NCBI GenBank assembly: GCA_012295275.1
Contig: CM022679.1
Coordinates: forward strand, 7,192,001 to 7,256,000
Origin: Chrysomallon squamiferum
Taxonomy: Eukaryota; Animalia; Mollusca
Reading direction: 5' to 3'
DNA length: 64,000 bases
How positions within the stretch are numbered: the stretch's first letter is position 1; the number at the start of each line of letters is the position of its first letter. Both the position numbers and the translations under genes were made by a program. Positions 31,083 through 45,300 of this stretch are shown here, piece after piece. The notes under the pieces are model-generated. The model worked only from the letters and a program-made list of their open reading frames with translations. It made no database searches and was not told where the DNA came from.

Positions 31083-34000
31083 TATATATAAAATAAAATA
31101 AATAAATACAAAAAAATATAAAAAAAAAAAAAAAAAAAAATATATATATATAAAATAAAATAAATAAATGAAATATAAAAACAAATTGTAAATATTTTTT
31201 CTTTGATTTTAAAAAACTGTTAACACATATCACAATGGAACTTTTATAATTATATAAAATTTATAACAAAATAACTTAATACATAATGCTAATATTTTTT
31301 TTTTCCTCTAATGGTATTATTCTTTAATACCATCCAATACTGACATAAAATATTGTTAGATGAATGACTTAAGGTTTTCATTAAACATTTATGTCACAAA
31401 TTTTACCTATTAGTGTTTCAAACCAAGATTTACAGCGTGCGTGTGGACATGTGTGTATTCAGGTTGTATGAAAATTAAATACAAACCTCTGGGTAAAGAC
31501 TGATTTGTACTAAATGAAGAAATGAAAGGTTTACTCCAGTCAGTATCCTCACCCTGAAAAAAAAAAAAAAAAAAAATTTCCAATACCCAATACAGAAGAT
31601 TAAAAAAATAAAATAAATAATATTATCTATATATATATCATTTATTCTTGCTACTAAGTAAAACTATTTGAGATGTTTTTTTTAATTTTTATTTAAATAA
31701 TCCAACAGCAAGAAACCCCTCTACAAAAAAAAAAAAAAAAAAAAAAAAAAAATTAAAACACCAAAAACAACCAAACAAAACAAAACAACAAAAATAACAA
31801 CAACAAATATATTGTGTTTGCAAAAATTTCATTAAATATGCTTAGAAAATTCTGTATCAATACTTAATCATTTTTTATGTGTATTGTAAAAATTATTTTT
31901 AATCTTTCAACATTTTACAGTAATATGTTGTGAATATCTTATTAGTACAAGTTTTAACATGTACAAGTTTAACTGTGTGCATTTGTTAATCTTCAGTACT
32001 AAATTCAAAATGAAACTTTTTTATTAACTCCATGATAAAAAAAAATAAAAAAATATCTTGTTTCAAACATATGGTAAAACTAGCTGACAATTTAATCAAA
32101 TAATTGAAGCATGTGGAAATATCTGTAGACACAATATTATTAAAACTCTCTTTTAAATAATAACTGTTGTAGCCAATAATGTTTCAAAACTCGTTATAAA
32201 TAATAAATACTGTAGACAATAACATTTCTAAACTCTGTTATAAATAATAACTATCAAGTATAAAACACAACAACTACAGAAAAACATTATATGTATGATA
32301 TGAATTAAAATGCAAGGATAGAACTCAGTATCAAATAATCAAAATAAAATATTAAGTAAAGAAATAAAGCATTTAGAATTATTTTTATGGTTGTGTACAA
32401 TTGTTTTCTTGGTTTTTTTGTTTGTTTTTCTATTTGCTTCCTTTCAAACAAGAAGTGTTATATAAATAAAAGTAAAAATGTTCTTTACATTAAATACATT
32501 ATTTCCAAAATTTACAGCTGGTGAAATATCAAGTGAAGCATGCTTTTAACTTTCACACATACAGCTAATGAAATAAAAAGTTATTAAAATGTGTTTATCT
32601 GTTAACAAATCAATCTACATGCTGAATAGAAGAAGGCATTGTTCTAGTGATTCTACTTCAAAAAAGAAACAGCAAAGTTAATAAAGTCACTTACTTTATT
32701 CTGTCGTTCAACTGGAAATATAGGTTGTTGTCGTTTTCTTTCTGGACATATTAAATTAAAAAGTTAATTTCCACTAACATCTGACTGTTCTGAACATAAT
32801 ACACTAAATAATTACCTTAAAATTACAATTTAATTAGATAGCCTACTGACTATGTTCAATAATTATGTGACATTATTCCCAGGATAATTTTTTAAAACCT
32901 TTGATTTAGTTTTTGTGAATCATAAATACCAGTACCTACAATTTAAATTAGTTTCTTTTTCTTACTTTTGTACATATTAATTTTTAAGATAAAACTTTAT
33001 AAATGATTAACTGAAGCTGTAATTTGTGATTTTTTTTGTTTCTTAAATAATTAAATAATATATTTAGTGATATGAATTGACTAAATAGATTTCATATATT
33101 TCTGAATGATTTCATAATTTGTGTTTTACAAAAATCTTGGTGACTAATGAACACAATAATACTATAATGTTATTGAGAATCATGAAGACTGAAATGTTCA
33201 CTTATTTCATTAAGTCATTTTCATCAGAAATGATAAACAGGTTTTTGATCTGAAACTCACCTACTGGTTTCTGTCTGTTGTGAATGGGAGAGAAGTTGTG
33301 AATTGGCACACTCAAATCATCCTGTAACAACAAGCCAGTATTTATGTTTTGTTTTTTATTTTAAACTAAAAATGCAACCTTGATAAAACCTGGTTACTTA
33401 CTAGTATCTTCCTTAACAAAATATTTAAAACTCTATAAAACTGAGACAGATAAGTAACTGTTCAAAAAAAAACTGAACATTAAAATTTTCATTTATATAT
33501 TAAACATGATAATTTTCATTTATATATTAAACAAAATTAATGTACAGTTATCTGCAGCACACACACAGAAATCAACAATAACAACAAACAAATAACAACT
33601 TTCCCCATCCAAATGAACAACAAACAAAGTTTTTCCCACAACAAATAAATGCACTATTCTTTCCATAGAAGTAACAGCAAATGTAACAAATTATATAAAG
33701 AGAACAAATAAAATTCCAGTCTTGCTGACTGTTTATATTTCCTTTTTTGTCTTATTTTTTTTTTTTTTTTTCACTTACTGCAGAAAAAGCCACAAATTTT
33801 TCTTCTCGTCCTAGATAGTTTCTTCTTGGTGGTGACAAAGACGAGTCTTTGTCCAGACTGAGTCCCATACTAGAATGAGGTCTGGAAGAGTGGAAAACAC
33901 AATACATGAACAGTCAACAAAAATGACAGCACCAACATTTTATTATATCATTTTGCTGGGCAGAAATTATTAATTTATTGAAGAATTTTTTTTTTATTAT

Positions 34001-35564
34001 TATCATTTTTGGAATACATTCTCTATTTATTTGTTTATCACCAGTAAAATATTGTTTAGTTTGAACAGTTTGTAATTAATTTAGAAAAAACATTCATTTT
34101 TATAATTAATTTTTTCTATCAATAGAAATGTTGTTCCCATGTTTTGTTGTCAGTATGAATTATATTATTGAACTAAAAAGTGATATTATTAGATAATGAT
34201 GTTTTTATTTTGTTTTTTAAATAAATATTTATTACTACTATTATATATATATATATATATATATATGCATGATGCACTTTTCTAGTAAGATTTATGAAAG
34301 AAAGAAATATTTGTCAAAATAGAAGTAAGAAATATATTTTTGTGTCAGAAATAATTTGGGGCCTACCAGAAAATTAGAGTAAAAAAATTAGTTGTTCTCA
34401 AAATCACAGAACAAGATGCTTTTCTAAAACATCAGAAGAAAAAAAAAAAGTAGGTAAATTTGTAATAAGATATCTGAAAAAGATAGCTAAATTTTATTTC
34501 TTAAAGAGAAAGAAGAACTAAATTTAATAGTTTTACTAAAATGTCAGTAGAATAATTAATACTCCTTGTGTGTTAAAGCATTTGTTTAGTGTTGAATGGT
34601 GGCATTGTTTCTATTACTATATATCATTATAAGTACTATATCACAGGCTGATCAAGAGGGGTGCATCTATCTGGCTAGCATTCTATTCATTTTTCTTTAT
34701 AATGAATCACCTTTCATTTTAAGTTGTTTGTATTCACCACAGTAATGGCCATTATCTTAGGAAATATTAGATAGAGCCTGAAGCCATTTCTATTATCATA
34801 TATATTATGGCATAACAGTGGATTGATGATTATTCAAGTTATTGTGATGAATAATAAGGCCTTATCTGTTACAGTACTTCATTACACTTTGCAGACAGTG
34901 ATTCAGTGTCTTATTACAGGGTACTGACTATTGTATTCATTATTTACAATGCTTATTGTGGGTTTTCTATATGTCATGAACAGGGTGTCACTTTTAATAA
35001 TAATATCTTACATTATGATATATGTGTTGTATTGAATATACATTCTGTGCATTTATGATTTTAGTTTTTATCATGTACTGATAGACACAAGGACTGTGAC
35101 TAGTAATTATAGATCAGCAAGCTTCAGATCATGCCCATGCCATGAGCATGCCGTGCCAAAAATGGAATTGCCCTGCCTTGTTTTTCGCGGGGAGTAGAAA
35201 ATGGCATTAAACCTCTGTTTGATTTCATGACTTGAGCTGCTGGACAACCAAGTGGAAGTTGCTGCTGGCTGGTCCAGGGTGGATTTGCGAAATATTGATG
35301 ATCCTGCTGATTCCATTAATTCTCCATTGACCCAATCTGGGACTTTGTCATCCTGGAAATTAAAATGCAATACTTCACATTAATAATCTTACAAGAGAGA
35401 GAGAGAGAAAAAAAACTTAATAGCATTTTTTATAGTATAAATCTATCTATCTACATACCATATGTATGTACTTACCTACCTACCTACCTACTTATCAACA
35501 TACATAATTATATACATAAAGTAAAATAAAAATGATAGATGTGCATTCACATAAGGGACATGAA

Positions 35565-35608
<44 letters not shown>

Positions 35609-35633
35609 TGTACATATATATAAGGGACATGAA

Positions 35634-35671
<38 letters not shown>

Positions 35672-35697
35672 TGTACATATATATAAGGGACATGAAT

Positions 35698-35733
<36 letters not shown>

Positions 35734-38700
35734 GCAGATGAACAGCAGTAGTAATAATGAAAAGTATTGTGAAATACTCAACAATTTTAAAGAAATGAAG
35801 ACTTACATCAAATGTTCTGCTTCTTTTGGTATCAACTGATTCATCAAAATAAATAGACTGAAATAAAACAAAGACTATCCATCATAACAATGTAAAAGAA
35901 ATGTTAAAAACTGGTACATGAAAGAAATAAAAGTATACATGTTACTAAGAAAACAAGTGCTTATAAAACAAAATATTTCAATGGAAAAATGAAAAATGAT
36001 TAAATAAACACATTACCATATATGGGGGCAGAGTTTGAAGTGGCCCCTCTTCAGGTTTTTTATCAAATGGTCCCTCAAGATTTCCACGTTTCAACATGTG
36101 CAGCATCAACTGTGTGTACATATTACGATTCTTTCTGAAATTACATTTTCTATTATGAATAGTTCTGTTGTAAGTGGTTTTATTTTAAGTTGTAAATGTT
36201 TGCATTTTGCCAGTGCAAGAACCAGAAGCAACAAAAAACAACAACAATAAGGTTCCCAATAGCTTTTAAAATACACTTTTAATGAAATTAAATTATTATT
36301 ATAGTAAAAAAAAAAAAAAAAAAAATCAGAAAACAATAAACATTAAACTGTGAAAAGAAATAAAACTAATATAATTCACTATTCCTTACTTAAATTATTA
36401 TGAATTTAATGATTTGTTTTCAAAATGTCCAAGTTCAAAAAGTTTCTTCAGATCTTTTGGAATAAATTTAAAGCTGAACTAATAGTGACTTGAAAAATGG
36501 AGTAAAATTTCATTAAGAATAATTAAAATAAATTAACAAGTAAAGGGCAGATGAAACCTCAACACTTTATAAAAGTGATAATTCAAAATTAGAGTAACCA
36601 ACATTAAATAAATAGTATTAAACTCATTACAATATTATATAAAATGTTTAACTGACACTAAATTAGAATTAAAATGTGTTGAGGTATTGCTAAACACTCA
36701 TTTATTTATTCAAGTAATTTATTTACCTTCCAGTTATTCCTGAAGTTTGTGGTTCACATAGTTTCTTAATCCAAACTGCACATTTCTGACGATCTGACAA
36801 AAAAAAAAAAAAAAAAAAAATAAAAAGTAATAATTAAAATTATAAAAAATTAAATTAAAATGAATGATTAAATAAATAAATAAAAAAATAAATTTTTATA
36901 AAAAAAAAAATTATTAAAAAATAAACATGATAATTAATTAAACTAAAAACTAATAAATGTCAACAATCCATTGTTGTTCTGAAAAGTGAAAATTTTATTG
37001 GAATCCAGACAATAAATAAATAAATGTAAAAGACTTCAGGCAAGAATACTGTATATAAATAACATAAAATTATAAAACAGTTATTTTACCAGTTTTCTGT
37101 GGAAGTTTCAGGACATAAGGTTTCATTTCAGCCAGAACCTTGTCAAACTCCTTGTCCAATTCCTGATAGGAATCTAGACCATCCATAATGGATTCCTCCA
37201 GATCTCCTTCAAAACCTTTATCTTTCAAATGGGCTTTTCTTTTTGGGGCCTTGTGCTTCTTCTTCTTCTTTTTGTATTTCAAATGGTCATATGAGTCTTC
37301 TGTTGACTCTTGAATACCATGTCTCTCTTCAGATTCCAGCTGCTTCTGTTGGGACAAAGAAACATACAAAAATCGAAGATCAGCCATTAGTTCTTTCAAA
37401 TCACTCTCATCAATCAGTACTTTATCATCCCTGGATTTCTCAATCCCTTCAGAAACAATAACAGGCTTTTCAGTGCTACTACTGATAACAAACTGTTTTA
37501 AATCTGGCACACTGGATGTAAGTTCTAAACCCTGGTCAGTGGATAATGATTCATTGTTTAGAGAACTACCATTCTTAACTACTATATTTATATCTGCTAT
37601 TCCTGAACTGCTACTGCAGGATGTTGGACTTTTAACTACAACATAATGCTGCTGCTCTTGTGATTTAAGTAAAGCTTTGTTATATTCATCCTGAATCCAC
37701 TTATGCTGACCATTCTGATCTAAAGGATAATTCTGATGGTGGAAACCATTGTTTTCAAGACTATCCTGGATTTTGCTAAGATGGGTAGGACAAACTGAAC
37801 AAGATTCTATACAAGGATATTCAGTGTGAGTTGCCAGTGATGTATTATTTTTAATTTTAAAGTTTAGAAGAGAAAATGTTTCTCTGCAATTTCTATTTTC
37901 ATCTAAAGAATGTTTTTGTGTAAGAGAAGATTGCTCAAAATGTTCACCATTAGTTAACTTAGCATCTTGTTGTAAAATTATTTCACTGTTGTCTCTGCTT
38001 GCTAGAATTGATTCTTCATTATTTTCTATAACACTGGCTGAACCTACAAATTTATCTAAACATGCATTTGTGGAGTTCTGATTTACTTCAGGGTTTTCAC
38101 TGCTATTGATATTACTAAACGGATTTACAACTGAAGAGCTGGTCCTTAACTGTTGCACATTGTCATCAGAACTTGGTAAAACACAGTTTACATTTTTTGT
38201 GTCTACACTTTCTTCATTGATGGTTGACAAATACTTTGTATCTACATTGTCTTCATTTGTGGTTGACAAATACTTTTCACCTACACAATTGTCTGTTTTG
38301 GTTGGTAAATGCCTTTCATCTTCTGGTTCTATTTTGTCCAGTTCTGTGCTGTCTTTAACAGAATCATCTACTTTTTCTTCAACACTGCAATTATTTGCTT
38401 TGGATTCAGCCTTCAGAGCCATTATTGACTCGATAGTTTTCTTAACATGTCTGTGTTTTGCACCTTCTTTGTCACCACTAGTTAAATCCTGAAGAAGCTG
38501 TTCCAGTTTATTCTCTCCTTTTCCCATCAGCTTGGGCCTTGAACAATTTTCGGACCTTCCTTGCAGAATATCAAAAACCTTTTTTGGCATGTTGTTAGCT
38601 GACTTGCCATCTTTAACCTGACCAGCATCATCTGTGTTTGAATCTCTATCTTTAACATTTCTGCTATCTGTTTTCTCTGGTAATAAAACACTTTTATCGT

Positions 38701-38986
38701 CAACAAATGTATCTGAGCAAAATAAAACATCCTGACTTTTATGGATGTTTTCAGAATTTTTTTCAGTTTCATGAACATCTGTTGATTCCTTTTCACTTGA
38801 ATTTTCAGTTGTGAGGACTGTTGTAGATTTTGATAAACTTTCTAACTGGACATTTTTTGCTGGATGTCCAACAATGTTTGTAACTCTTGTACGTTTTGCA
38901 GCATTGCTTTTAATTCTGTGATTGCGTTGTTGTAGATCCTTGGCCAGTTTTGCAAGATCATTGTGATTTCTTGACCATACAGACAT
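14797..38986 (-). CDS. CEP112: Centrosomal protein CEP112 (CCDC46) ortholog, 29 coding exons, about 1558 aa from ATG 38986 (about 958 aa from internal ATG 37186)
   Basis: Exons: 38986-37090, 36793-36727, 36134-36017, 35857-35807, 35352-35213, 33881-33779, 33321-33261, 32741-32695, 31553-31487, 31010-30964, 30671-30585, 30076-29977, 29809-29691, 29433-29290, 28642-28358, 28145-28053, 26769-26710, 26273-26194, 25964-25829, 25522-25415, 24736-24554, 23989-23846, 23164-23078, 21992-21930, 16901-16849, 16500-16404, 16024-15935, 15401-15336, 14880-14797; all phases are compatible. The N-terminal domain LDKEFDKVLAEMKPYVLKLP..DRQKCAVWIKKLCEP..GRKNRNMYTQLMLHMLKRGNLEGPF and the coiled-coil motifs EAKYHEEKLKLQQKHD, RKQQLVELGLLREEEKQ and ELEETIESLRSQVN match human CEP112 as I recall it. 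Confidence 0.92.
17512..17519 (+). promoter_or_regulatory. Candidate TATA box of the nested peptide gene
   Basis: TATAAATA lies about 130 bp upstream of ATG 17645. The region is AT-rich, so specificity is low. Confidence 0.35.
17645..19715 (+). CDS. Nested secreted cysteine-rich peptide, prokineticin/astakine/colipase-fold-like, 3 exons, 112 aa
   Basis: Exons 17645-17689, 18525-18657 and 19555-19715 (339 nt, canonical GT/AG, AAAATG start) give MKVLLAILGIIALYQVTEA-VECHTSSDCNADECCAKRNGPLILSKRQLIGAIQPSVDTVGTCRRYNLEGEHCSIFDKPNGFCGCAAGLQCTYVKTSLRSAAAFPGFFHCSKN*. It has a signal peptide and 10 Cys in a C-C-CC-C-C-CxC-C-C pattern. AATAAA at 19815-19820. Confidence 0.88.
18645..18836. repeat. Degenerate tandem repeat (unit about 62 bp, about 3 copies) containing the exon-2 donor of the nested gene
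   Basis: ACACAGTGGGTAAGC occurs at about 18649 and 18712, with a decayed GTAGGTAATC near 18779. Each unit ends in AAC.A.T..TG.TG.CAAAA. Confidence 0.7.
32142..32252. repeat. Degenerate tandem repeat, unit about 43-45 bp, about 2.5-3 copies
   Basis: TGTAG.CAATAA....T..AAACTC.TT.TAAATAATAA recurs. Confidence 0.65.
35532..35731. repeat. Compound minisatellite: three copies of GATGT(A/G)CAT..ATAAGGGACATGAA(C/T)TG, each followed by (AAT)n
   Basis: Seen directly. It produces the spurious poly-N and poly-Y ORFs in the track. Confidence 0.9.
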
Positions 38987-39479
38987 TTTTGATTTATTAT
39001 CTATTCTAGTTTAACACTTTATAACTTTTAACAAATCAATTTTTAAATAAATAAGATTCTGGAAAAATTGTTCTCAAAGTAAATATGTATTTTCATTATT
39101 ATTATTTGATTAAATACACATATTAATTAATTAGATTTAATTTTTTTGAATTTCAAATCAATCAAATAATGCCTGATCAAAAAAATAATTTTCTTTCTTT
39201 CATGCATTATTTTTTAAAATGAACTTCAGCAAATTTAATTTAAACAATATTGATTCTCATTTTTGTATCACCTTTTACATTACTTTCCAAAATATAAATT
39301 TCTTTTGAACATTATTGCAAAGTATTCATAGTAAGTAAGGATATAACAGACATAATTTGATGGGAATTTGAAAAATAATTTAAAAATAAAAAAATAATTA
39401 AAATATTAAACATGACATTTGTCACAAATTATCTGTAACAAAATAACACTGAGTATTCCTGATCAAACAAAAATTCGGT

Positions 39480-42251
39480 TAACATGCTGACTAATCCAGT
39501 TTCGAACAAATCCGTGGCTTGATTCTTAGATCACTGAATTAATCCATCGGTGGCCACATTAAACTGAAATTAGACTAAACTATCCTGCTGTCATGTATCA
39601 CTTAAAAATAATGATCATATGTGATGACATCTGCAGGTGTGAAAAATGTATACCTCTTTTTTATGACCTAAAAACAGGTTTTTTGGCAGGCACTGAGAAA
39701 TCATTGTGGGTAGGATTAGTTAGACAAACTATTATCTGTTTACCAGTCTTGTGCGGCTATGCCACACCACTCTGGAAGAAGAGAAACATATCAGCCAATG
39801 ATTGACCACTCGTGGTAGCAACAATGTCACTTTATAACCTTAATCCCTCCACAAAAACAGACAAGGCGTTACGATCAAATTATTAAGAGCCTTCTTTTGA
39901 TCAGTTACAAGCATTATCTAGATAGAGATATCACAATTTTATAAGCCTCATGGATTGTAGATATATTATTAATTATACAAAATGAGTGATATCCACCAGT
40001 CTTTCTGTGCTTTTCTCTTTGTTCTAAGCAGCTGATGAATTTGTTTGAAAATAAACTACTTTTTCAAACTGATATTTTAATTTCAGTGAAGATCTCCAAT
40101 CAAGGTTTTAAAAATTAGTTATATGTCTGGGAACTATGTGGAGTTGTGATCAGTAATCCAGATAATTTGCAGATAAAAAGAAATAAAAATGTACAATAGA
40201 CTAATGTAAATCAGTTTGTGGATATATGTTGTCAAAATTGAGCCATCATCTATGTAAAGCCCTCAGGCCTACGTGAAGCAGAGCCTCAAGTCTGAACAGA
40301 ATAAAACTTGTTAAACTTGGATGGTTAGAATTCCTTCAGTAAATGCTATTTCATTATGCATTTAACTCACTGGGTGGACTGCCAACATAAACCTTCTTAA
40401 ATCACCAGTACAATCTGATAAAGCACTTGGTCATGTAAAAAACAGACATATTTATTGTCTGATAGAACTGTCAGTCTCTCATCTTAACATTCATAATTCT
40501 TAATTGATTATGATGTACACACTTTTTTATACAGTTTTTAGAGATATTTCAAACTGTCTCTATATATTTATCATAATCCTTTAGAAATTAATTGCACATT
40601 CCATTTCTTTAACTGTTTAAGTGAGAATAAAAAGGAGTCATAATTCACAAAACGGCAATAACAGATTTAATCCTGAGATTTCCTTATCTAAATCCTGGTG
40701 AAAGCAAGGAAGCATAGTTCACAGCTCCTAATAAAATGACGATAATTCTGTATCCATAATTTAAAAACAACTCCATAAAATAACACTGCACCAACTAAAA
40801 CAAGTCCAGCCACTGTCAATGGTTAATCCCCAATTAAGCCTGCGAGTAATAAATATTAAATATTGATGGATTATTGATAAGTTTACATATTGCATTTTAT
40901 TAGGTTTTGTGAAGGTGCCACTGAAGCTACAGTAAGTGGGCGATTGGCCAAGCAATTACAGACAGACTGACAAGACCACCAGACTAGAACATGCAGCAAC
41001 AAAGACTGCTTGGAAGATGAAGTGATTGTCCACAGCAAAAACAAAAAACCGCTCTCCTGATAACACAGAAAATTAAAATACCTGATAAACAGTATAATGT
41101 GACAGAAATATTTGGATTTTTAATAAAGGCAGGAATGAGAGATAAGACTGCGTGTTAGAAAGATTAAAGATAGCTTCATACAAAGCCAGATGAGAATCTA
41201 CATGTAACACTAGAATGTGTCTGTGCTCTTCCAGCGCTGTTCGCACAATACAAACATTTACCTGTGTGTAATGCTGTGGCACGCCGCGGTCACTGCACAG
41301 CCGTAAGTCTATCAGTCAGAGTTTTAACACGTTTGTCAGTGACAAAGCAACATGCATGCAGAATAACAACAAATGTTTAATATTCTCTGACTTAATTATT
41401 TCTTTTAATGTCATTTTGTTTCTAAACAAACATTATATGTCTTTTTGCTTAATACAATACAATAAAATGAAAAAAAAAGAAAAAAAAAAAGAGAACAGAT
41501 GAGAAAAGAAAAGGCATTTTGATTATTTGTAGATAAGTGGTCAAATTTTGAACTGAAACATACTACAGGGTCATCAAAAAAAAATATATATATGTACACA
41601 CATACATGTGTGTATTTTGTTTTTGCATACATATATACATAAAATCATACAGAGAGAATAATGTGTGTGTTCATTATTTTTCCCACTGATACCTTCTTAA
41701 AAATAAATATAATAGTTATTTGCGGCCACTGTAAATACACGTACACAGATATTAGTAAATTTACATTATTTTTATAATAATGAACTGTAATGTATTTGTT
41801 AACACAGTTTGGCTTCATAATGAATTATGAATGCACGATTATTTCTGAAAATAAAATAAAAAATAAAAAATAAAGAAATTAAATAATGATTTCTATGTTT
41901 TAATGATTACAGAATTTTGAAATAGCTGAAACTTCTTTCTTAAACTAAAGTGATAACTGGTTATTAAATCAAGCAACAACATTTAATGGATAACTGCCTG
42001 CCCCAAAATTCAGTGTGTGGAATAATTAAAAATTATTGACACTATTTTAAAGAATTAAATATAACTGTTATTATATAAGATATAACTGATCAAAGAACCA
42101 TTATAATCTCTTAATGTTTATTTATATCTGATCAGAAACCAGTGAATCATGTAAAGCTCACAATTTAAAGCAAATCTGAAATTATCAACAAGTTCTGTTT
42201 GTTTTTAGATTATTTCATATATTTTTCTTAACACTAGAATAAATGTGTGTG

Positions 42252-42303
<52 letters not shown>

Positions 42304-45300
42304 AATAAACAGTCCAGCTGGATAACAAATCATAAATTATTATTGTCAAATTTTGGACTAAGATGACATGAAGATATAACCTTCAGTGCTATCAGTAAAT
42401 TAAACATTAGTTATGCTGTTTCTGTCTGCCAGTGACAACTGTCTATGGTTTATTTGGGGGTATTTGAGGTCAGCTTATTGGTTACAAAGGAAAGTATTGT
42501 ATTTTTCAATTATGACTGAAAATGTGAAAAAAAATTAAGTCAACAATTGTGGAAGATATGTTTTCCACATGTTAAAAAGCATTAAAAAATGATTAGTATC
42601 TTTGAAAGTGACAGCTTATACAATATCTGTTAACAGTCAGTTGTTATGTTAAAAAATGATTTATCAATCTGGAGAAGTTACAGAGACATTGTAGATGTTA
42701 ATTTGGAGTTGGGGTCTGTGTTTGGAATGATATTTCACAGTATTTGCTCATCACTTCTGTTAAGTGTTTGTTTTATGTGTACAATGTTTGAGATTATCTT
42801 CACACTATCACAAATAAACTTGTACTGAAACTGTGACCATGACAGGCACACTTAATTTCAGATTTACTGATTTTTGGTTTATTTTCATTCTATATCCACT
42901 TAGTGATAAGATGATAAGGTCAGGGAGTGTTTGACTTTGAAACAGCAAAAATTACTGATAGTTTGAAACTTCATGTGAAATATGTATTACTTGAGATATG
43001 TATTTGAGATTAAATAAACTATGTTTAACAATTATTAATTTAAAGACATGTGAAAACAGTTTAAAACTATTGGTCATTATCTTTGAGATATATGGTTTTT
43101 GTCTTATGATGATATACGAGTTGGGAAATCTACAGTAACAGCTATTGTTACTTGAACAGCAAGGGGTCTCTTCACATACATCATCACACAGTGAGGAAAA
43201 CACATCCCACAGTCTTTGTACAGTGATAGATGGCAGGCAACATTACAACTGGATTAGCTGTACAATAGAGATTAGCAGTTTGTATAGGTTATGTAGTACA
43301 CTAGGTGCTCAAGGCATTATAATGTACGAAACAAGAAGAAACCAGAAAGAACAAGGCTGGGATTAAAATTCCATTAACAAGTAGCTGTCAAAGTCAAATC
43401 TTCAAAAAGATGTTAGCACAGATATAGCTGGTAAAAGACATACAAGAAATTGGATCAAGTTACTATATTTATGGTTCCAGAACATTAGCATTATAGATTT
43501 TTATGGCTGTTCTACAAATTGATTATGAGCAAGGTTAAAAAGTTTTAATCTTTTTTCCCTTCTTTTTTTTATTTGCAGAATATCCTTGTAATTATATACA
43601 AAACTGGATATGCTTGGAAAATAAGAATTTCTCTTACCCCAAAAAAAGTAAGCACTTAAGCCAGAGGTTACCTTGAAAGGTTTAATTTAAAAAAACAGAA
43701 ATTAAAGTTATCAAGTGTTATGATGTTATCTATAATGGCTGTTTCACTCTGTCTCCAGTTTTCACACTAGATAGGACAAATATAAATATTATTTACCTGT
43801 CTAACTGTATCTTATAAATTATTATTTGTGAAGGTCTTTGCTTTAACATTGCAGCATGGCCTTATGCTGTTATAAACGATATATATCAACTGAACAGATT
43901 TGCTTATGATAGGATTTAGTGAACTAAACAAATGTCTTTGTGCATAATCTGTGGGCATGAAATCGGTGTTACAATAAAGACAGCAGGCCAGCCTACGTAA
44001 CTGGTGCTAAGCCAACACTTGTGCAATTTACCTCTGAATTCAACTGTTTTAATAAAGTCAATGCAAATGGACTTCTGTCTATAAATATTTCATTAATAAT
44101 ACTTGAGATTAATATTAAAATATTTTTTCTTCTTCTTCTTGTCATGCTAGCACTAATTCCTTTGTAAATTCTGAAGCTCTCTGTTGTCATTAAGTTCTCT
44201 CAGAATTAACATTTCTCATAGAAAGAAGGATTAACAAAATTAGATATACTCTAAATGTTCACCATCAATAAACATGCATTCACGCAGTCCCTGAATGTAC
44301 ATAGGTACAGTACTTGAATACATTTCTTATCACAATAACATCATCTAAAGCAATTACTGTTGATGAAGTACTAGGATATTATATAGTATCCAACAGTGCT
44401 ATCTTGTTTACAAGCAAAACAACAACTTTAATGAGACAAAACAATAATGGCCTACTCAGAGTCTTGTAAGGTAATGCACAAACTTTATAAAAATGAGTTT
44501 TGATAAATGAAAAAAAAAAAGAATGTACACTCTTTTTCTTTGTTTATCAATAATAATTTTATATCAATATATAATGATGATCATCACCAGATATGCCCAA
44601 TGTAAAAATTATATTTATTTTATAATTTGTTATTTTTTGAAAATTCAAATCTCTCCAAATTAGAATAAATTAACACAACAAGGATTTTGTCTAGGTGTTA
44701 TGGATTAAAGGACACACTGTATTTTACCTGTTATTCTGAAAAAACAAACAAGATTTCAATGTTTTTAAAATGGTCGTGTGAATCTATTCAGTGCTAATAA
44801 AGGTTAAGGTGCAAATGCTCTCATTTATATTGACAATAAACCCATTTTATTTTCTGTTAGGAACAATATATATATTTTTTTTTTTTTTCACCTTTCATAA
44901 TCCATGTCTATGACCTAAATGAAAAAAATAAAAAATAAATAAAAAAAAATCAATTTAATTTGATTGAAATATATGAAGCTTAGGTAAACTGACTTGTTTG
45001 AAGAAATTCCACCATTTTGTTTGACTGGTATTTGATGATTAATTATTATAATTAACACAAAGCAGGTATAACCCTTATAGTCAGTATTACTGATAGATTG
45101 TAATATCCCTAAAAAAAGGGAAAAAAAAGACTCAACCCTCCATTTAATGGACACCTATTTGTCAGAAAACCTAGACAAAATTTTGGAAATATACAAATAT
45201 TCTCCAATCTACAGAAATCTGGACCTGTCCCAGAGTTAGCAACAGTAATGGCTCCATCTGTTTGTTCACAGAGGCCATGTGTGCATTCTGTGTGTATCTT

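Noticed and set aside
35488-35784. Repeat-spacer-like array and poly-Asn / poly-Tyr ORFs
   Set aside because: The spacers are just (AAT)n. This is an intronic compound minisatellite in a eukaryote with no cas genes, so it is neither CRISPR nor a protein.
37070-38986. The 638-aa ORF as a stand-alone gene or transposon ORF
   Set aside because: No transposase, RT or gag motifs. Its 3' end is the conserved CEP112 N-terminus with an in-phase donor at 37090.
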